Origin: Lobosporangium transversale
Taxonomy: Eukaryota
Direction: 5' to 3'
DNA: 64,000 nt
Assembly (NCBI RefSeq): GCF_002105155.1
Contig: NW_019028997.1
Location: 124,001 to 188,000 of the forward strand
Every line of letters begins with the position of its first letter. Position 1 is the stretch's first letter. This document shows, one piece after another, positions 40,126-56,519 of the stretch. The position numbers and the translations under genes were made by a program. The notes under the pieces were generated by a model, which saw nothing but the letters and a program-made list of their open reading frames with translations, did no database searches and was not told the DNA's origin.

Positions 40126-41196
40126 ATTCAAAACCTGTTGACAAAGAAACAGGCGTAAAAAATGCACACAAGAAAAGAAAAGAAAGAAAGAAGGAACAAA
40201 CACAAAATGAATTTTTTTTTTTTAAAAAACGACTTAACCTTGAGACTTGGTTCGACTTCTGAAGGCAAAGCTGACCCCTACCTTGCATTGCATTCTATGC
40301 ATCCGTTTTTGGCTTAACTGACTGTCCAGAAGCACGATTCTAAGGAGGTATATATATAAATGTTACAAGAATTTCGAATGTTCATTACTCAACCCTTTTA
40401 TCCTGTTTTTGATACTTTTTCGTTCGTTCTTTTTCATTCATGCAATCAATAGAGCACTTAATTATACATTTAATGTCTGTAAATACTATTATTTGTTATT
40501 GACATACTCATAAATAAGGGTCCAAAACAACAGCATAAAACAACATTAAACAAATAATAGCAAGCATCGTTAAGTTAGACAGGTTCATTAACCTTTGGAA
40601 TGACCTAGAGGATTGGGCGGAGACAGAGGCAAAGGGAGGGAAGAGCATTGTGCCCCCGTGGTGCCATTCATGGGCCGAGAGAGAAAGTGAGCAGCTGTTT
40701 CCCATGCAAATCCCTGCTATATAAATCTATCCTTGCGATGCAATGCAAGCAACAAAATGTATATAAATATTTATATAATATACAATGTATGTTCAATTTT
40801 ATACACATTCATATTTAATACATTTTACTCAACTGTCCCTGGTAATTACCGTATAAATATAATGATTGTGAAGACCTCGCTTTCCCCCAAACTTTTTATT
40901 TTTTATTTTTTCTCTTTAATATAATCTCCACACTTACTCTTCCTTCTCTCCCACACTTCCATCCCATTTGTTCCATTTCCCTTCTCCTCTCTCCTCCTTT
41001 TCTTCCTTCCCATCCCTAACATCTTTGTCTCCTTCTTGTTCCTGCTTTTCCCTCTCTCCTTCGACTTTTTTCTCCACGCAGTTATATCTTTCATCTCTAC
41101 GACCACACTTCTCACACCTAATCCTCCCACGGCGCAAAGACACAGTCACAGACATAGACGCACTCTTTCAAACTGTCACTTTTGCCACTCCGCTCC

Positions 41197-43158
41197 ATGA
41201 TCAACTACGCCGTGGATACTATGACTTCCAGTGTTCTGGAGCTGCCCTTCACGCCTGACGACTATGGTATAACTTCTTCGGCTTCGGGTGCTACTACCGC
41301 TCCCGTAGCAACCATGGCTCCATACTCCTTGTTTACCACTTCACCACAGGAGTTTCTTCTATCCATACCTGCTACCTCTACGGGGTTTTCGGCATCACTA
41401 AACACTCCACTTTCTGTTTTTTCACCCTTTTCGTCTTCACCCATTACAACACCTACGCCAATGTCGCTGGACTCACCTATTTCTGTACCCTCATGTAATA
41501 CTATGCCCATGAACGCGTCTTTGCTGCCGGACAACAAGAACGCTGTCACCAACATTAATACTCTCCAATCTAATAACGGTTGGTTGCCTATCTCTATGGG
41601 TGACTCTATCCACATGAATGCTAATGGTGTGCGTGCCTCTTTCAACAGCAATCCGTTTGAGATTACGCCTCTTCAAGATTACCAGATTGAACAAGACTCC
41701 AATATCTTCTCTGCATGGCCCTCAAGCCCTACTTCCTACCTGACGGCTGCCACACAAGCGCTGACCGGTCATCCGAGCTCGATTCAGACTATCGTCCTTC
41801 CCAATGCAACATTGTATCAGCAACGGGTACAACAGCAGCAGCAGCAGCAACAGCAACCACAATCGATTCAGCAACTTCGGCCGGGCTTTCTCCAACAGCC
41901 TTTACGCCCGATCTGTACGCAATCGCCACTCAAGCCTAAAAGTGTGACACAACTGCAAGAAGGCCTGATCTCCCCTCCAGAAACACCTTCCTCTACACCC
42001 TCTTCTTTCGGTCCAAGGCATGAACAGCCTTCCTCCCCCGTGGCTCAATCTCCATCGACGATACGCCCATTGCAGCCTCAGCTTCAAACAAGACCTTTAT
42101 CACCATTAACTCCAACATCACCCATGGGTGAACTGGCATTTCTAAGCCGCCCGGCAGTAAAGTCTGCGCGCTCACCAGCCACATCAACCATGTCCGAAGG
42201 CCCATCTTCTCCAGTTCAGCGTTTGGGTAGTGACAAACAGCTGTCTCCGATAGCGTCAGCAGATGGATCGCATTCAGCGTCTCAGCATCAAGCTCAATCT
42301 CTACCACAAGTAGGTACACTCCTTGTGGCGACTAAGGTAGCCAAGCCCCGTAAACCCTCAAAGTCAACTATCCGCGCTGCTGCTGGTATGGGTGTTCGTT
42401 GCCAGAACTGCGGAGTGACTGTAACACCACTTTGGCGTAGATCTGCTGACAACGAGCCGCTCTGTAATGCATGTGGGCTATACCATAAATTGCATGCCAT
42501 CCATCGACCCAAGCATCTTCAACAGACGCAACCAGGACTCAGTGGAGGTATCAAAGGTACATTGAACGGACTCGGGACTGCAGGCGGCCCTGATCACCAG
42601 CCAGTGGTACCCAGTCAGCATCCTGGACACCATGCAACGACAGCTACAGACGGCCAGGGATCTATGGACTCAACACAACACGAATCTTCAACTTCAGCTG
42701 CAGGTATTCAGCCGATATGTACCAACTGCAAAACGACATTGACACCACTCTGGCGCAAGGATGACGCGGGCGAAATCCTTTGCAATGCGTGTGGTCTATA
42801 CTATAAACTCCATCATGTCCACCGACCCATATCTTTGAAGCGCAATGTCATTCGTCGTCGATCACGCTATGAGAACGGGAAAGGGCCTGGTTTAACAGCA
42901 TCAAGCGCATTTTTGGCGCATGCTGCACAGATCCAAGCCCAAGCTCAAGCGCACGTTCGTGCCCAAGCTCAAGCTCAAGCTCAAGCTCAAGCTCAGCAAG
43001 AACAGGTCCAAGCTTTTCATCATCAACAGTCACTTCATCATTCGATTTCTGGACAAGATTATGGCCAACTATCTGTAAGCACCATACCGATGATGACGTC
43101 TTTTAGCGCAGTTAATACCCACTCTATACCATATTCTCCTATAGAATATATGGAGTAG
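41197..43158 (+). CDS. Intronless GATA transcription factor with two CX2CX17CX2C zinc fingers
   Basis: [28 protein letters not shown] and [28 protein letters not shown]...RPISLK. First ATG at 41197. Confidence 0.92.
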   Translation: MINYAVDTMTSSVLELPFTPDDYGITSSASGATTAPVATMAPYSLFTTSPQEFLLSIPATSTGFSASLNTPLSVFSPFSSSPITTPTPMSLDSPISVPSCNTMPMNASLLPDNKNAVTNINTLQSNNGWLPISMGDSIHMNANGVRASFNSNPFEITPLQDYQIEQDSNIFSAWPSSPTSYLTAATQALTGHPSSIQTIVLPNATLYQQRVQQQQQQQQQPQSIQQLRPGFLQQPLRPICTQSPLKPKSVTQLQEGLISPPETPSSTPSSFGPRHEQPSSPVAQSPSTIRPLQPQLQTRPLSPLTPTSPMGELAFLSRPAVKSARSPATSTMSEGPSSPVQRLGSDKQLSPIASADGSHSASQHQAQSLPQVGTLLVATKVAKPRKPSKSTIRAAAGMGVRCQNCGVTVTPLWRRSADNEPLCNACGLYHKLHAIHRPKHLQQTQPGLSGGIKGTLNGLGTAGGPDHQPVVPSQHPGHHATTATDGQGSMDSTQHESSTSAAGIQPICTNCKTTLTPLWRKDDAGEILCNACGLYYKLHHVHRPISLKRNVIRRRSRYENGKGPGLTASSAFLAHAAQIQAQAQAHVRAQAQAQAQAQAQQEQVQAFHHQQSLHHSISGQDYGQLSVSTIPMMTSFSAVNTHSIPYSPIEYME

Positions 43159-43346
43159 CGCTTGTGTTGCATGAATAAATACCAATAAACCCATGTTGTT
43201 GTGTAAGAGATGTTTTCTTTATTCAGATTGTGCACTAAGTTATACTAGCAAAAGACTGTAGACTAAGGTTATTTTCCAAGCAGCTAGTTGCTTAGCTTAG
43301 TCGTGTTTATGGTGAGAGAGAAACACTTTCTACTTCCATCTGCGCC

Positions 43347-44494
43347 TTACACCCTCACAGAACCGTGAGCCCCCTCATCGTAGATCTGCCAGGCTTTACC
43401 CTTGGTCCATTGATCAGCACCTTCTACGACGGGATTTCCCTGGATCTTGCCCTCGCGTTCTTTGCGCTTTTCTGTGGTCGAGATGCCTAGTTCTTTGTCA
43501 CGCTTATCAAGGATATCCTGCCTGATTTGGTCATCCGAAGTAAATGATGCCAGGATCTGAGGAGGGCCAGTAGGGACTCGACAGGAGCATTCACCATTGT
43601 CATCAACAGGCCATGTCTGAATGGCTTTACCGTAGGTATTGACCAAACCCTGCATCACAGGCATCTCGGCCGTCTTGGCCACTACCGCTGGCACCATGCC
43701 CTTGGCGTTCACAACGAGCATACCACTCTCGACCTCAAATTTGTGCGAGTGCCAGAATTTCTTCTCATTCTCATCGAGGGCTAATTTCCAAAAGCGAATA
43801 AAATTACAAAACTTTGCTAAGTCTTTGGATTAAAAATGGAGGTGCTCAGGAAGCATGCATGCTTTACTTACTCTTGAATAATTTTTCTGAAATGACATAC
43901 TCGACACCCACTAACTTTGCAGTTTCGGAATCACTATCATAAATCAAGCACTGCCGACGATCTTCGTCGATCATATGGCAATAGTGATATGCGATGTATT
44001 GACGCTTAGGGTCGTTTCTATCCGAGGCAAAACAGCCAAATGTGATAAGCATAAAAAGTCGGTAAAACGTATCGTGTATCAAGCGAAGGAGAGGAAAAGA
44101 AAAAAGACAGATATGTAAGAAACATTTCAATCAAATACAAAAGAAAAAATAAGAAAAAGGTATATTGGTGCTTAAATCGTGGTTATTTATCACAACTTAC
44201 GGAAACAAATGCAGTCCGCAAAGAGATTCACAGATACCACCGAGCGGGTTGAAGCTCTGGAGGAGCTTTGCGCTGGATGAGAGGATAGCAGTGCCAGCGC
44301 TTACCTGACCCTGGGATTCTTTGGATTCCTGGATCGAATGGGGTAGCGTCAGGAAGATTACCAGAAAAAAAATATGATAGTTATTTTGATGAAAGTAAAA
44401 TTGCAAAAGCGTGGGAATATAATCATAATTGCTATTAGCAACAATATGCAGCTGCAATAAACAAAAAGATACTTACAGAAGTATGATGTTCCAT
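43347..44494 (-). CDS. DUF1264 / oil-body-associated-protein (OBAP)-like, 4 exons
   Basis: AYHYCH, RQCLIYDSD, LVGVEYVISEKLF, EKKFWHSHKFEVESGML, TYGK, GPPQ. Confidence 0.85.
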
Positions 44495-44711
44495 GTTGTT
44501 GGACAGGTCAAATGACTATGAGAGTGTGTAAGGTGCAGGGAAATTTAAGTGTGGGAATGCTGTGGTAGTTGACGATTGAGGAAATGTGTGGAGAGAGGGG
44601 GAAGAATTCGAGGTTTATATCCCTTTTTGACAAAAAAGCGTGCATGACACATTCATACGCATGTCTTAAAATAAAATCTCATGGATTTACTCACAAGTAC
44701 ATCATCAATTG

Positions 44712-46176
44712 CTAATGGTGATGGTTTACGGGTGTTTCCAGTCTGCATCGCTTTGGAAGCGGGTCCCCAATCAATTTCACATCAGGACGGTTGCGTTTGA
44801 ACCATGCCCAGAGATCAGTGCTCATATCTCTAGCCGAGTACCTGAACTCTTCTAGCCAAGGGAACGCCTCGGCAATCAAGAGGACGTCAGTATATTTCCA
44901 CGGTCCGATGTCTGTCAGCGCCAACTTTTCCAGCTTTGCCAACTGAGACAGACCGTCGTTCATGGAAAAGCGCGGTTCGCCACCTATATCGGTCAGACTT
45001 AAAATACGCAGATGTCGTAGCTTTGAGATCATGGTCCACATATTCATCAAAGCCACAGCTTTAGAATGTTCAGCTGTGAAACTAAAGGGTGGCCATCTTA
45101 CACTTGAGATAAAAATCTCTTGGATGTCTAAGCAACCCCATGACTGGCCCCCAAATAAATCACCTAACAATCCTACTCCTGGCAAGACTTCTATGACCAA
45201 CCGTTGGAGGTGAGCACAATGATCCATAACCTGCTTCAGATCTACAGCCTTGAACGCGCATCCTCGCAAGATTAGCGATGTCAATGCAGGGGCATTACGT
45301 GCGAGGTGATAAAATATATCGGAACCAAGTGACTGCATTGAAAAGTCAACATGTCGGATACGAGGGCATGCTTTTAAGAGTGAAGTGCAGTGGGCCGAAT
45401 AGATCCGTGGGCAATTCTTTATCTCTAATGTCTGTAGAGCCCCAAGGTGGGAGGACAAGCTCACCAAACTACCGCCTTGAACGTCGCATTCTGCTAGACA
45501 TAGCCTCGTCAGCATTTGGCCATTTTGAAGAACTCTGGCAAGCATTGAATGCGTCCAGCCATTCATTTCAGCAAGTTTAAGGGATATTAGATGTAGGCTA
45601 GCTGTATGGAGTCTTTCTTGAAAAAAGATATTAGATGTCATTGTCTCGTTTGAGGCAGATCCCTTGATGCTTAAGTGCCTAAGATTCTTCCAAGTCTGAA
45701 AGATGTCTGCTTCAAGTTCTTTGCCATGAGGTTGCATAATGTCGTGAGTGAAAGCAATGGATTCGAGATGTATGTTTCTTGAAAGAATATTCAAGGGGTG
45801 TTGGTCCAATAGACAAGCAGTGATGTCAATCGTGCGCAAACTGGGGAGATATACTAGAATATGCACAAGCTGTGGTGTGGTCAACTCTGTATCATGTAAC
45901 TTTAATGATACGATCCCTAACACTCGGTATACAGCCACTTCAAGGAACGGTTGAAGCATCATCGATAGCTCGGGTTGCCGTAGGTCAGAAAGATCGAGTA
46001 CTTTCACTAGTTCAGCATATTTGTAGACGTGAAGGTGAATCTTTTCGACATCTGTGCGTTTGTTGCAGGAAAGTGCTTTCCAGATGAGAGGTTGAACTCC
46101 TTGCAAAAAATCCTTGGAGACCAAACAAAGTATTGTCCAATATCTCTTCGGAGTACATTCGAGGATTAATCGACAT
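44712..46176 (-). CDS. RNI-like leucine-rich-repeat protein with a broken N-terminal F-box (possible pseudogene)
   Basis: LRR-like units (LRHLSI, LTRLCL, LQTLEI, LTSLIL, LQRLVI, WGCLDIQEI). The F-box-like start is split between two frames. Confidence 0.65.
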
Positions 46177-46726
46177 AGCTCTGGGATTCGGAATGTCCTG
46201 ATAGCTACACGGTGCAGAAACGTGAGACAATGCCAGCTTTTTTTTTTTAAAAAATGATAGTTGTTCCATTGCTATGTTGGACTTGCCTGCCACTACATGA
46301 TCGACGTGTGATCCCGCATCCGTATTTGGAACTTGTGTTGTGCGTAGTAACGCCTTAATACGTCGGCGATGATAATCAACAACAGCATCCATGTCAACGT
46401 GCAAAGGAGAGAGAGAAAGAGGTAAAAGAAAAAGAAGGCTGTTTTTTTTTTGAAGTCTTAACCATCCTCACGTGCGGAAGTGATATGGATCATATGATTT
46501 ATGGTCTTGGTAAAAAGATGAAGGCGACACGTCTTCAAATTCTCTTATTCCCATTTGTTGTCATCATTCTTTATTCTTCACCTTTTCTTCTTGCCCTGTG
46601 CGTCGTCGACTGCTAGCGTCCGACGTCTATCTTACCATATCGCTCCCCGCAGCCTCTCCTTATCTCGCTACACATCTCGCGCATCTTGGACCTTTCCCTT
46701 GAAGTGGAAATATAGAAACGCATAAA

Positions 46727-48233
46727 ATGTCAACCGACCAACCTGTCATCATTGAATTCAATCTCGGCCCCATCTCTTGCCATGCTTTTAATCATGATCG
46801 CACTGGTAACTATAGCTTTTAGTCATCCTTTTTTAAAAAAATTGGCAACCATTCTCAATCTTTTTAATTTGATTTTATTTTTTTTCTGCTATAGAGCTCG
46901 CTGTAAGTTTCAACACCAATGTGGTCAGTATTTTCCGCAAGTCTGGTTCCGGCTGGACTCTTGCCTGGACCTTGGAGGAGCACGACAAACCCGTAACGTC
47001 AGTTGACTGGGCGCCAAAGTCTAACAGAATTGTTACCTGCTCCCAAGACAGAAATGCCTATGTCTGGACCCTCGACCAGGCTTCGCAACAGTGGAAACCC
47101 ACTTTAGTACTTTTACGCATCAATCGCGCTGCAACTTTTACTCGTTGGTCGCCTGAAGAGGACAAGTTTGCAGTTGCCTCGGGCTCGCGCTGCATCAGTG
47201 TCTGTTACTTTGAGGAAGACAATGATTGGTGGGTTGGCAAGCACATTAAGAAGCCAATTCGTAGCACAGTTCTTAGCCTGGATTGGCACCCGAACAATGT
47301 GCTTCTCGCTGCTGGGTGTGCTGACATGAAGGTAAAAATCTAATGTATATAGTTAGCTATTATAAGCGAAGAACGAGAAAGAAATCAAATCTAGTCTAGT
47401 CCAAGAATGGAACTGATCACAACAACTGCTCTATCTTTATTTTTAGGCTCGAGTTTTCTCTGCTTTCATCAAAGGTGTTGATAAAAAGTATGTTCAATTT
47501 TCAAATGCTCCCCAGTCATATTGCGTTGTTGATCAACTATCAATCTACTCACTCTTATTACATTGCATTATTTAGGCCTGCTCCTTCACCATGGGGTGAG
47601 AAGCTTCCATTCAATACTGTCTGTGGGGAATTTTCAAGTGGTACGGGAGGTTGGATCCACGGTGTAGCCTTCTCACCCAGTGGTGATTCCCTCGCATTCA
47701 CCGGCCATGACTCGAGTATCACGGTGGTTAGCCCTGCTACTGGTTCTGTGCAAACTATCCGCGCCCCTTATCTGCCATATGTGTCCGTTCTTTGGTTGAA
47801 CGAAAACCAGATTGTTGCTGCAGGACACGATTGCGCTCCTCATTTGTTTGAGAACAAGGGTCAGCAGTGGTATGTGTTTTTTTTGTACAGCTTGATATAA
47901 TGGTTGTGTATTCCATACTTTATCATATAGCTAAATGTATCTTTGTTCCTTATTAAAAGGGCTTTCTCGGTCTCGTTGGATTCTGCAGTCAAGAAGGCAG
48001 ATGTAGGTTTCACGGCCAGAGACACGTTCCGTCGCATGGACAGCCGAGCTCAATCGACCACCTCAAGCGACACTGAGATCCACAGTCATCATCAAAACAC
48101 CATCAACTCTATTCGGTTTTATGCTGGAAGTCGCGAAAACCTGGAGCAGTACACGACCTCAGGTGTCGATGGCAAGCTGATCATCTGGAATACCAGCAAT
48201 ATCGCCAATATCCTCAGCAATCTGCGTATCTAA
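46727..48233 (+). CDS. ARPC1: Arp2/3 complex 41-kDa WD40 subunit, 5 exons
   Basis: [73 protein letters not shown]. Confidence 0.95.
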
Positions 48234-48733
48234 AATGTTCAGTAAAATGTCCAGGCAGGATACGTAGTACGGTGAGATTCAGCTTATTGTAGTTCCCTGT
48301 GGTTCGCGTTTTTTTGTTTTATCATATGGAGAGTATGGGAACACAATAAACTGAAGATATGAACAAAAAGGTATCAGTCATTGTTTTGTGTATCTGCAAC
48401 AAAATTCATTTTTGTGAATCGTTTATGATTCATGGTTGCAACTCCACGACCTCTTTTTACTTTTAAACTGCGAGACACCGTTGTAGTCAATCGTCCAAGA
48501 GTGAATGCGTGTTGTCCATAAATGGACAGTATCACAAGCAGCGATGAAAAAGAGTGATAAAGAAATCAACGGTTATTGGGACCTACGGTTTCAACTGCAG
48601 GTACTAGCCAGATCATAATGATGAATTCAGGACTTGTGACAAGGTTTTTTATACTTGAACCTTTTTTTTTACTCTCTCTTTTGTAAAATTATAGGAGGAA
48701 GATGAACGCAATGCCAAAAGTAATTAAGGGAAT

Positions 48734-49282
48734 TTAGAAGAAGGATATTTCGAATCGGGGAATGTCACCACCGAAAAAAACGTCAGCCCCTGTGACCTGG
48801 ACGAAGTCCTGACCGAGGATATTGAGATGGGAAAAATGAGCATCAGAGGGAGATCGTGCAACAAGAAGAGGATATCCATTAATCTTGAGAGGCAATCGCA
48901 GAGAACCTGTGCTTGATTGTCCATGATTCACACCTACTACAACCATGTCTTCAATACCCATGGTCCTTAATGCATCGTCAGTGATGTACGTCTGTGGAGA
49001 TGCAGCGAGATAGAGAAAATGGACATGGATCGGTCTCCGTGTACCAGTGAGGGTCAGGATGGATTCGGTGAGTTGGACATGAAGTGAAACGAATAGACGA
49101 AGACTAGCACCCCAGACGATGCCTTTGACATATTGCTGACGGTGTGGGCCGTTAGATTCGCATAAGTACTGTGCACCCAAAAGTCTTGAAATGCCATGTA
49201 GATCACTTGGATGAATGTCTTCAAAGTCAGCACAAATTGTTTTAAACAGTGTGCGGTCATTAGTACTCATTCTTGGAAACAT
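48734..49282 (-). CDS. Retropepsin-fold (clan AA aspartic protease-like) protein with substituted catalytic motif, intronless
   Basis: VHFLYLAASPQTYI sits where FLxDTGSxxTYI is expected. Downstream KINGY and NILGQDF match the clan AA ILGxDF hallmark. Confidence 0.6.
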   Translation of the reverse strand: MFPRMSTNDRTLFKTICADFEDIHPSDLHGISRLLGAQYLCESNGPHRQQYVKGIVWGASLRLFVSLHVQLTESILTLTGTRRPIHVHFLYLAASPQTYITDDALRTMGIEDMVVVGVNHGQSSTGSLRLPLKINGYPLLVARSPSDAHFSHLNILGQDFVQVTGADVFFGGDIPRFEISFF

Positions 49283-49286
49283 TGCA

Positions 49287-49415
49287 AAAAAATAAAATAA
49301 AATAAAATAAAATAAAATAAAATAAAATAAAATAAAATAAAATATAATATAATATAATATAATAATAAAAAAAATTAAAAAAAAATAGATCTGGCAATGG
49401 CAATGGCAATGGCAA
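49287..49415. repeat. Compound microsatellite (AAAAT)n-(ATATA)n-(GGCAAT)n directly upstream of the retropepsin-like ORF
   Basis: Seen directly. Confidence 0.9.
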
Positions 49416-50906
49416 TGACTAAAGAAGCTAGTAAAAACAGAGAAGAACCAAGAAAGTGGTTTAGTTGTCTAGTTCAGGCACTATTTAACAGGGTTTAGAC
49501 CTCTTTTGGATGACAGCAAACTGGGCAACAACCAATTGAAATTATTTCAGGGATATTGATGTCATCGTGCATAAAAAGATTCTCTTGTCTTCTCCACTTT
49601 TCTTCTGCATTCTTCGACGACAGTGGGTCTGAAAGCGTGATTCCTTTTTATCCGTGACTCTTCAGGACTCGACCCGGCGACGATAACGACAGCCATAGCT
49701 AGCCGAATAGGAAGAATTGATGTCTCTCGTTTTTTCTGCTTTCAAGAATGCCTGCTCCAACAACCCACTAGATCAAGCATATATGATCCTCAAACAGTAC
49801 CTGCTGAACCTTAAAGCTAGGCTCAACCTTGTTCTATACGTTGATGGAGGGTAAGCGGCTGAAAAAGAACACTTCAGGAAGATTCGGAGGGCAGCTCGAG
49901 GAGAAGCAGGGCATTGATGACAATCTCAGGATCCGGTAGCACCATTTTATCAACGTTAGGACCAGCTTGGCTTCCGTATTCTGTTCGGTCAGGTGATGAC
50001 GTTATCTCGGGCTGATAGCGATATGCTAGCCTATGGCGGAGCTCCGAACTCGAACTGATTCAGCAGATTGAATCCAAGAACAAAATCTGGGTATTTGATG
50101 GAAGAATGAGCACCGAGATGTTGGCCAGTCAATTGAAAGTACATGGTAAGAATTAAAATTTGGCCAATTAGAGTCTTTTGGAGCCAATTGGCTAGCATTA
50201 TAACGCTTGTAAACATAGAAAAACGCGTCTTCAAAACAGCCTTTCATCCTAGTCGGTTGTTTATGGCCCCGACGAGCTCAGGTGGAAGTCCTGGATTTAT
50301 GTAAATATTCAAAGAGGACACTTTTTTTTACTTTCAGTAATTTTCGAGTGAGTCCTAATATGGTTGTCCATCAATGAAACTTTAGGATACAATGCTTTTC
50401 ACGCATGGCGAGTACCATCACCATCTGAATAAATAATGTATATATCCCTGCAATCAAGGTTAGGTCAGTGTTCCTCGGGTCCTTTTACCTTTTTTCTACT
50501 TTGTTAAGAGGATACTAAGTTTCTAAATTGGATTGAGAGATAAATATTAAAGGAGATTAGAAGCGAAAAAACCTGAGTGGATGAAGTGTCAGAATGAAAT
50601 ATCGCTTTAGTGCCAAGGGAAGCGGTGTTGATAATGGCGCAGGTTGCTGCATATATTTGTTGGTTACTTAATGGTCAAGATGGCTTGAATTCTATTTGTT
50701 TTTATACGCTATTTTATCCTTTCGAAGAAACATTATGAGGTCCCACTTTAACAGATTCCAACCTTGTGTAAGACTTGAATCTTCTAGTGGAAAACCGTAT
50801 CGTATCATTTCATTTATGTCTAATCTGTACAATTGTTATGATCTGATTTGTAAAGCGAAGGGTATTAACTGAAAATATCGTTTTCTATGAAACGTGATGC
50901 TTGGCT

Positions 50907-50940
<34 letters not shown>

Positions 50941-51680
50941 CTTTGATGATCAAGAATTGTTTTGTATTTCTAGCCTGCATTGAAGATGAAGGACTGTTCA
51001 AAGGGCACGAACCATGTGCTTGATCATGCTTTTCACGTGCTGTAGTAGTAGAAAAGTTGTGAGAGATATCCCAGTTCTAGACAACAGCATAGTATTTTTA
51101 TGAAACATCTCATCTTTGTACACATGCACAGTTGAGCCGCGGTCGGCTGCGGTCAGCCAATGAGCATCGAATGACAGGTTTGGATGTCTTTGTAAAACCG
51201 CTTTCTTGTTAAATTTCCAATACTTTTTTTCTTGGCTCCCGAAAGGATACTGTACACATGCTTAGGATACCAAGACACAAGGTAGAAGTTCTCATAAACT
51301 TGAAGAATAACAGAAGTAAAAAAAAAGAGAAGGTGGGTAAAGAGATACAACTCGCTGTTAACCGAAATTCCTTTCCCCACAACTCTGTACTAACCTTATT
51401 TCTCTGCTCTGCCGGAGACATTTGCCCCACATTCAACTTATTCACGACTTTCACACCTGAATATTGAAAGGCACACGCGGATTTATTTTTTTTTTTTCGT
51501 CGGGGTGCACATTATAAAATAGACCCATTCTTCCACCTCATCTCTTTCATTCACTCCTCATTGTGCTCCATTCAAAAACACGAAACCCAACCCTTGCCAA
51601 GCCGTATCATCCACCAACAGCCAACAGCTACAACGCAGATACAAGAATCAATCAATCAATTACGCAACCACAAACATAAA

Positions 51681-52487
51681 ATGTCCACCTATCAATCTAC
51701 AGAGATTTTTGCTCGCCTTAACGAAGCTCTGGATGCATTCTCACCCTCGGAGCGCCAAGATCTAGTCAAGCAGGTTAACGGTATCTTTGAGTTCCACATC
51801 AAGAAGGACAAGTCGCCAAATGCAGAAGTCAAGATTTGGCATGCTGAGGTCAAGAACAAAGGTGTCATCAACGAAGGCCCTGCTCCTAGTACTCCTGACA
51901 TTACACTCTTTCTCACAGACGAGGACATGGTTGCGTTAGCTGTCGGAGATCTTTCGGGCGCACGTGCTTTCATCACCGATAGAATTGGATTGAAAGGTCC
52001 CATGATGATGGCTATGAAACTCGATGTGATCTTCCGTTCCCTCGGCATGGGCCCTCCAAAAGGCGCGGAGGGTGATCTTGGTTACGATGGATTTGAATCC
52101 AGCTTCCTTATTCTTCAGATATATGAGTATCTCCAGGTGCTATCGGATGAGGAGCGCAAGGCCGAGGTGGCCAGGGTCAAGGGTGTCTTCTTATTTAATG
52201 TTAAGAACAGCAAAGGTGACACGGCTGTTTGGACGATGGATATGAAGAATGGTATCGGTCAGATGAAAAAGGGTAAGATTGAAGGTCTCAAGCCTGATAT
52301 CGTGCTTGAAATGAAGGACAAGGACTTTGTTGATCTCTTTATGGGCAAGACCAATGGTCAAAAGGCTTTTATGACCGGCAAGATCAAGGTCAAAGGTGCT
52401 ATCATGCTTGCTCTCAAGCTTGACACCATGATGAAGGACACACAAGAGAAGATTGGTTTCTTTGGACAGAAGCAAGCCAAGCTGTAA
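51681..52487 (+). CDS. Peroxisomal tandem SCP2 (sterol carrier protein 2) domain protein, intronless
   Basis: Two repeats (VNGIFEFHI...PDITL..TDEDMVAL...AFITDRIGLKGPMMMAMKLD and VKGVFLFNV...PDIVL..KDKDFVDL...AFMTGKIKVKGAIMLALKLD). C-terminal PTS1 AKL. Confidence 0.9.
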   Translation: MSTYQSTEIFARLNEALDAFSPSERQDLVKQVNGIFEFHIKKDKSPNAEVKIWHAEVKNKGVINEGPAPSTPDITLFLTDEDMVALAVGDLSGARAFITDRIGLKGPMMMAMKLDVIFRSLGMGPPKGAEGDLGYDGFESSFLILQIYEYLQVLSDEERKAEVARVKGVFLFNVKNSKGDTAVWTMDMKNGIGQMKKGKIEGLKPDIVLEMKDKDFVDLFMGKTNGQKAFMTGKIKVKGAIMLALKLDTMMKDTQEKIGFFGQKQAKL

Positions 52488-52960
52488 TATATTTTTTATT
52501 TTTATATTTTTTTAAACCAGTTTAATATATATATTTTTTTTTGTGGCGGAAGCCAATCTGAAATAAATAAACCATCAGTACTTTTCACTGGTGTAAGATG
52601 TTTTTTAGTGCAGTGCACCACTATGAAAATCCTCACCGTTGGTATGGTGCACCAAGGGCACACCAGGATATTTTTATATTAGGATTCACCATTTCGCTAC
52701 TTGTAGACTAACAATGTATCGCACTGGTTAAGTCCACCAGTGAAAAAAAATGTCTAGTGAAAAAAAGTGCACAAAAGCGAAATTATTTTGACTAACCGAA
52801 ACGTAAAATAATCATTCATGCCATGCAAGGAAATCATGGATCTTACAAGTGATTTATTACAAACGAATCTGAGACTGATGTCGTTTTGGAATGATAAAAT
52901 ATAAAGGAGAAAAATGCGTAAAAATGAGAATGAGAAAATATGACAGCCAGCATCCCGATT

Positions 52961-56519
<3,559 letters not shown>

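Noticed and set aside
24329..52487. Lipid biosynthetic cluster (P450 pair, DUF1264, SCP2)
   Set aside because: The genes are spread over 28 kb, interleaved with housekeeping genes, and there is no backbone enzyme.
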